Origin: Schmidtea polychroa
Taxonomy: Eukaryota
DNA length: 64,000 nt
Assembly: GCA_044892525.1 (NCBI GenBank)
Contig: CM097885.1
Coordinates: forward strand, 26,848,001 to 26,912,000
Reading direction: 5' to 3'
Shown: positions 60,331 through 64,000 of the stretch, piece after piece
Numbering within the stretch: the stretch's first letter is position 1
Layout of the letters: each line of letters begins with the position of its first letter
Translations under genes and position numbers: made by a program
Notes under the pieces: model-generated
Database searches by the model: none
Seen by the model: the letters and a program-made list of their open reading frames with translations, nothing else
Told to the model about the DNA's origin: nothing

Positions 60331-60728
60331 GTCCAACTGATTTTGACATTGGTAATGAATACTTTAAATTTGGAACTGTGCCAATTTCTTGCTGCAACTT
60401 TCAAGAGAATCCACTAGTTTGTTCTCAAATGAAAAGTTTAAAAAACAATGGTAAAGGATCCTTAGCAATAAATGTGAAATATGCTTTTCAAACTGGATGT
60501 TTGACTAGATTAGAAAAGATAGTTTGGCCTTCAATTGTAGTGGTGATTCTCTGTCAATCTTCACTAGCAATCATCTGCATGATATTGACAACAATTCTAT
60601 GCGCTTCCAGTGATTTATATTCTAAAGATTCAACAAAAGGATCCAAAAATGTCAATGATCCACCGTCGATGTATGAAAATGTCTCTGAAAGCAAGAATAT
60701 AAAACTTACCTCAAATCTGGTTGAATGA
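60331..60728 (+). CDS. Tetraspanin exon 3 (PxSCC, GC, TM4, tail)
   Basis: AAG acceptor, phase 1; GPTDF..VPISCC..TGCL..IVVVILCQSSLAIICMILTTILC; AATAAA near 60819. Confidence 0.85.
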
Positions 60729-61088
60729 AAACTGCATTTGAGACGCATGGGTTTAGGTGCACTTTCTATGTCCATAAATATGCTTTGCCATTTCATTAGT
60801 GAATAATTAATATTTACAAATAAAATTTATTTTAATATTTCTTATATACCAATTTGTGATTTCTCTTTTATTTGATTGTTCTTACAAATTGAACCCTGTA
60901 ACGTTCAGTGCTACGTTCAATGAGATTTGTATTTTTTTCATTAAAAACTTTAATATTTTAATTAAATATTTTAATAATTCTATTTTCTGTCAGCTTCTTA
61001 TTAATTTCTCGTATTCTATTTACCAATTATTTCCTTGACATTTTCATTAATTTCAAATTGAATTGGAGGTCCCTAAGAAATATAAACA

Positions 61089-61265
61089 TAAATACAAAAT
61101 ATTCGTTTCACAATATATTTCGACAGTTTTCCTGTCATCATCAAATAGGATATAATAACTATAGAAATTTGTTTAAAAATCCTTAATTTCTATAGTTATT
61201 ATATTCTAGCTGGTGATGACAGGAAACCGGTCGAAATAAATCGTGAAACGAATATTTTGTATTTA
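61089..61265. repeat. Inverted pair of degenerate hammerhead-containing Penelope-type repeats
   Basis: ~80-bp arms (61089-61169, 61185-61265); cores mutated to TTGATGA and CTGGTGA. Confidence 0.65.
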
Positions 61266-61539
61266 TCGATTTTGGAATAAAAATTAATGGTTATTCAAGC
61301 CGATGTAAGGAAACAAAGATCTATCCAACAACAATTGATAACATCCACTTACCTCAGATTCTCAACAAAGATCAAAACATCAAGAGAAATAAAAACATCA
61401 AAGAGTATATTTTAACAAATTTAATTAGAAGTATGTACGGAGAAACTCATCCGGAACAAAAGAATCAAGAAAACATTTTGAAAACGTATTTGAATAACCA
61501 CCCAAAAGAATTGATCTACGAGGTACAAAGACAATCCTT

Positions 61540-63120
61540 CATGACCAAGATCTAAAGAAGAAATGAATTTAGATCCTGATAAGTTATCGAGTAATTGGGA
61601 TATGTGGAGCATATGGAAAGATTCTCTTTCTGTCATCTTATTCAACTTTCGATAATCTACGCACATTCTTATTGAGCCGTCTTTCTTTCTTACTACAACC
61701 AATGGGGAGCTCCATGGACTTTTACAGCGTCTTATAACTCCAGCTTTTGTTAACTCTTTTATCATATCGTCAATTTTCGTTTCTAGATGCATCGGTTGTC
61801 GTCTTGGAAATTTCATTGTTGGATTCCCAGATGTATTAATTTCGTGCTCTACGATTCTTGTGAATCCTAAATCAAATCTGGCTGCCATAAATATTGACCC
61901 GAATTCATCTAATAATTTTCTTCCCAATTCCTTTTTTGCTTTTTGTCTTCTCTCGTCATCAGTATAATTGCTAATCTTTGTCTCGGATTCGATATTGTTA
62001 ATTTCCATCAACTGCACTGCAAATGCTTCCAAAGTATCTATCCCACGAATAAAACCTGGAAACATATTTTTAATAACAATTATTTTGATGGTCCTCATCT
62101 TATTGTGCTAATAAACATTTACTTCTGTACATTTACTTCTGAACATCCCTGTGGTTTTTGAGTTCATGGAAAAACTTCACATATTTTGATTTCACTGCTT
62201 AAACATGGACTGCCAATTTTATTCCATGTTTCCTCATTCATCACTGTAATTGAAGCTCCAGAATCCCACATCTCAATCTCAACATCATTTATCATCATCT
62301 TGCTCCATTCTCTTCTACCTGATGTCGCATACCTCATTCCCTCTGTTCTGTCATTCCGATTTCCTTCCTTCACAACCCCATTGACGAAATGTATGTAATA
62401 GAGTTCCTCGTGTTTTTTTCAGTTTCCACGTCATGAATTGCATAATCATTAATTGATTCTCTTGTTTCTGCATCATCCGAATAATTTCTTCCGTTTTCTT
62501 CGTCATGCACACAAGCTATCATTTTCTTGTTCTCATAGTTCTGTTGTTCTTTCTTTCTTAATAAATAACAATCACGGAAATTATGCCTTCCTTTCTCACA
62601 TATCAAACATTTATCTTTTAGTGAACATTCATATCTTCTGTGCCCATATTCTCCACAGCAAAAACATTGGCCTGACTGTAATTCGCCGTTTCTTGGATCA
62701 GGACGGGCTCTAAATCGATTGTATAATCTCTTGGCAATGTGTTTAAGCGAAACCGTTGTGTCCTTCTCTGCCCATTCCGTTCGACTGTATGATTCATTTC
62801 GTTATTTCTGTTATACGAATTATCTGGTAAATTCTCTCTTCTGTAATTTCCTTGGCTTCTTAATACATTGGTGTTACTTCCATTTGTTTCTCTTGTAAAC
62901 GTTTCTGAATTCCTTCTACTTGTTGCTTCCACGTAACTACTCTTCTTTATTACCATAATTTCTTCCGTCTTTTTTTTTGATTCCACTTTTTCGTAAATTT
63001 TCATATCCAAGAGTTCTTGCGCATGTTTCGGTAGCGCGTCTCTTGCAGACTTTTTCCCTTATCCTCGAGTCGTCATTGTATGAGCATTTTCGGCGTGGTC
63101 ACCAGTTACAACAATTGGTT
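61540..63120 (-). mobile_element. Ty3/gypsy retrotransposon fragment (gag, protease, start of RT), frameshifted
   Basis: C..GRHNFRDC knuckle, WDSGASITVM protease and SPWSSPLVVVRKKDGSIRMCVDYRKLN RT motifs. Confidence 0.88.
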
Positions 63121-63269
63121 CCATCTAAAGATTTATTAATATTAACACAGAGTGATTACTCTTAAATAGTAATGTATATTGCGTAATAACTAACACATTG
63201 TATTGAATTACGCAATATACTCTGAACTGCTTCATATTTGGTCCTTGGCTTCTAATGTAATATCATTAC

Positions 63270-63345
<76 letters not shown>

Positions 63346-64000
63346 ATTATTATTTAAAAACTTAAAAACTTCAAAAACTTTAACAATAAAGAAAAAACAC
63401 TTACATTTTCGTCCTTTCGAAAGAAATTTTCCAGCATCAGATCCAGCAGAAACAACAGAAGTATTTTTTATTACGTTTCCATCTAAAAGCATAATAAAAA
63501 TAATAATGATAATAATAGTAAACGATTACCATTTATTCTATTCAAGTCTACAGCTTGTCCGGCGATATTCATATTAATTCTTTGATTAACACCTAATTAT
63601 CATATTAAAAATAATAAAATGATAAAATAATAAATTTACCATTAATTTCAGTTCCTCCAACGATTTTTCCGTTATTTCTTTGAATTTTGTTAATGTTGTT
63701 CATATTCATGTTGTATATAATAGTTTTGTAAAATTGTTGAAAAAATGAAAGTGTAGACTATATAAGAGAGATATTGCAAGTTTTATTAACCGACCAATGA
63801 AAATAGAGATAGGATAGGAAAACATTCGCACACATACTACATGTTTGTTTAAACAAAGCAGTTAATGATGACCTATAAGTTCATGTCTTTACTACTCAGT
63901 GCTTTGTTACTTTGCACTGTGCATGCACTGAACATGTAATTTATGACATAATAATATTTTGTTAAACATAAAATTAAAATAATGATATTAATAATAATAT

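Overview
AT-rich animal genomic DNA with long (AAT)n/(AT)n microsatellites and short GT-AG introns; this resembles a planarian flatworm genome, but the species cannot be proven from the sequence. Two host genes lie on the + strand: the last six coding exons of an SLC7 (LAT/y+LAT-type) amino acid transporter (7836-50599) and a three-exon tetraspanin (52799-60728). The main element is a near-intact 15,031-bp Polinton/Maverick (adintovirus-like endogenous virus) at 12275-27305, inside an SLC7 intron. It has AG...CT ends, a 6-bp TTTATA target-site duplication and ~1.44-kb terminal inverted repeats that each contain the same 157-aa gene. It encodes pPolB, rve integrase with chromodomain, packaging ATPase, major and minor capsid proteins and an adenain protease. 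Unusually, it also encodes its own TATA-binding-protein (TBP) homologue (14234-14698), and a non-canonical TATAAAC box lies 37-42 nt upstream of five starts in the capsid/packaging cluster, while the presumed early genes have canonical TATA plus CCAAT boxes. I infer a dedicated viral-TBP/variant-TATA late-transcription switch. Several of its genes, including pPolB, appear spliced. A second, decayed Polinton of a different family occupies the left end. The rest is transposon debris (hAT, MULE, Merlin, piggyBac, Tc1/IS630, Penelope with hammerhead ribozymes, LTR/gypsy) plus captured V-ATPase E and ENGase gene fragments.
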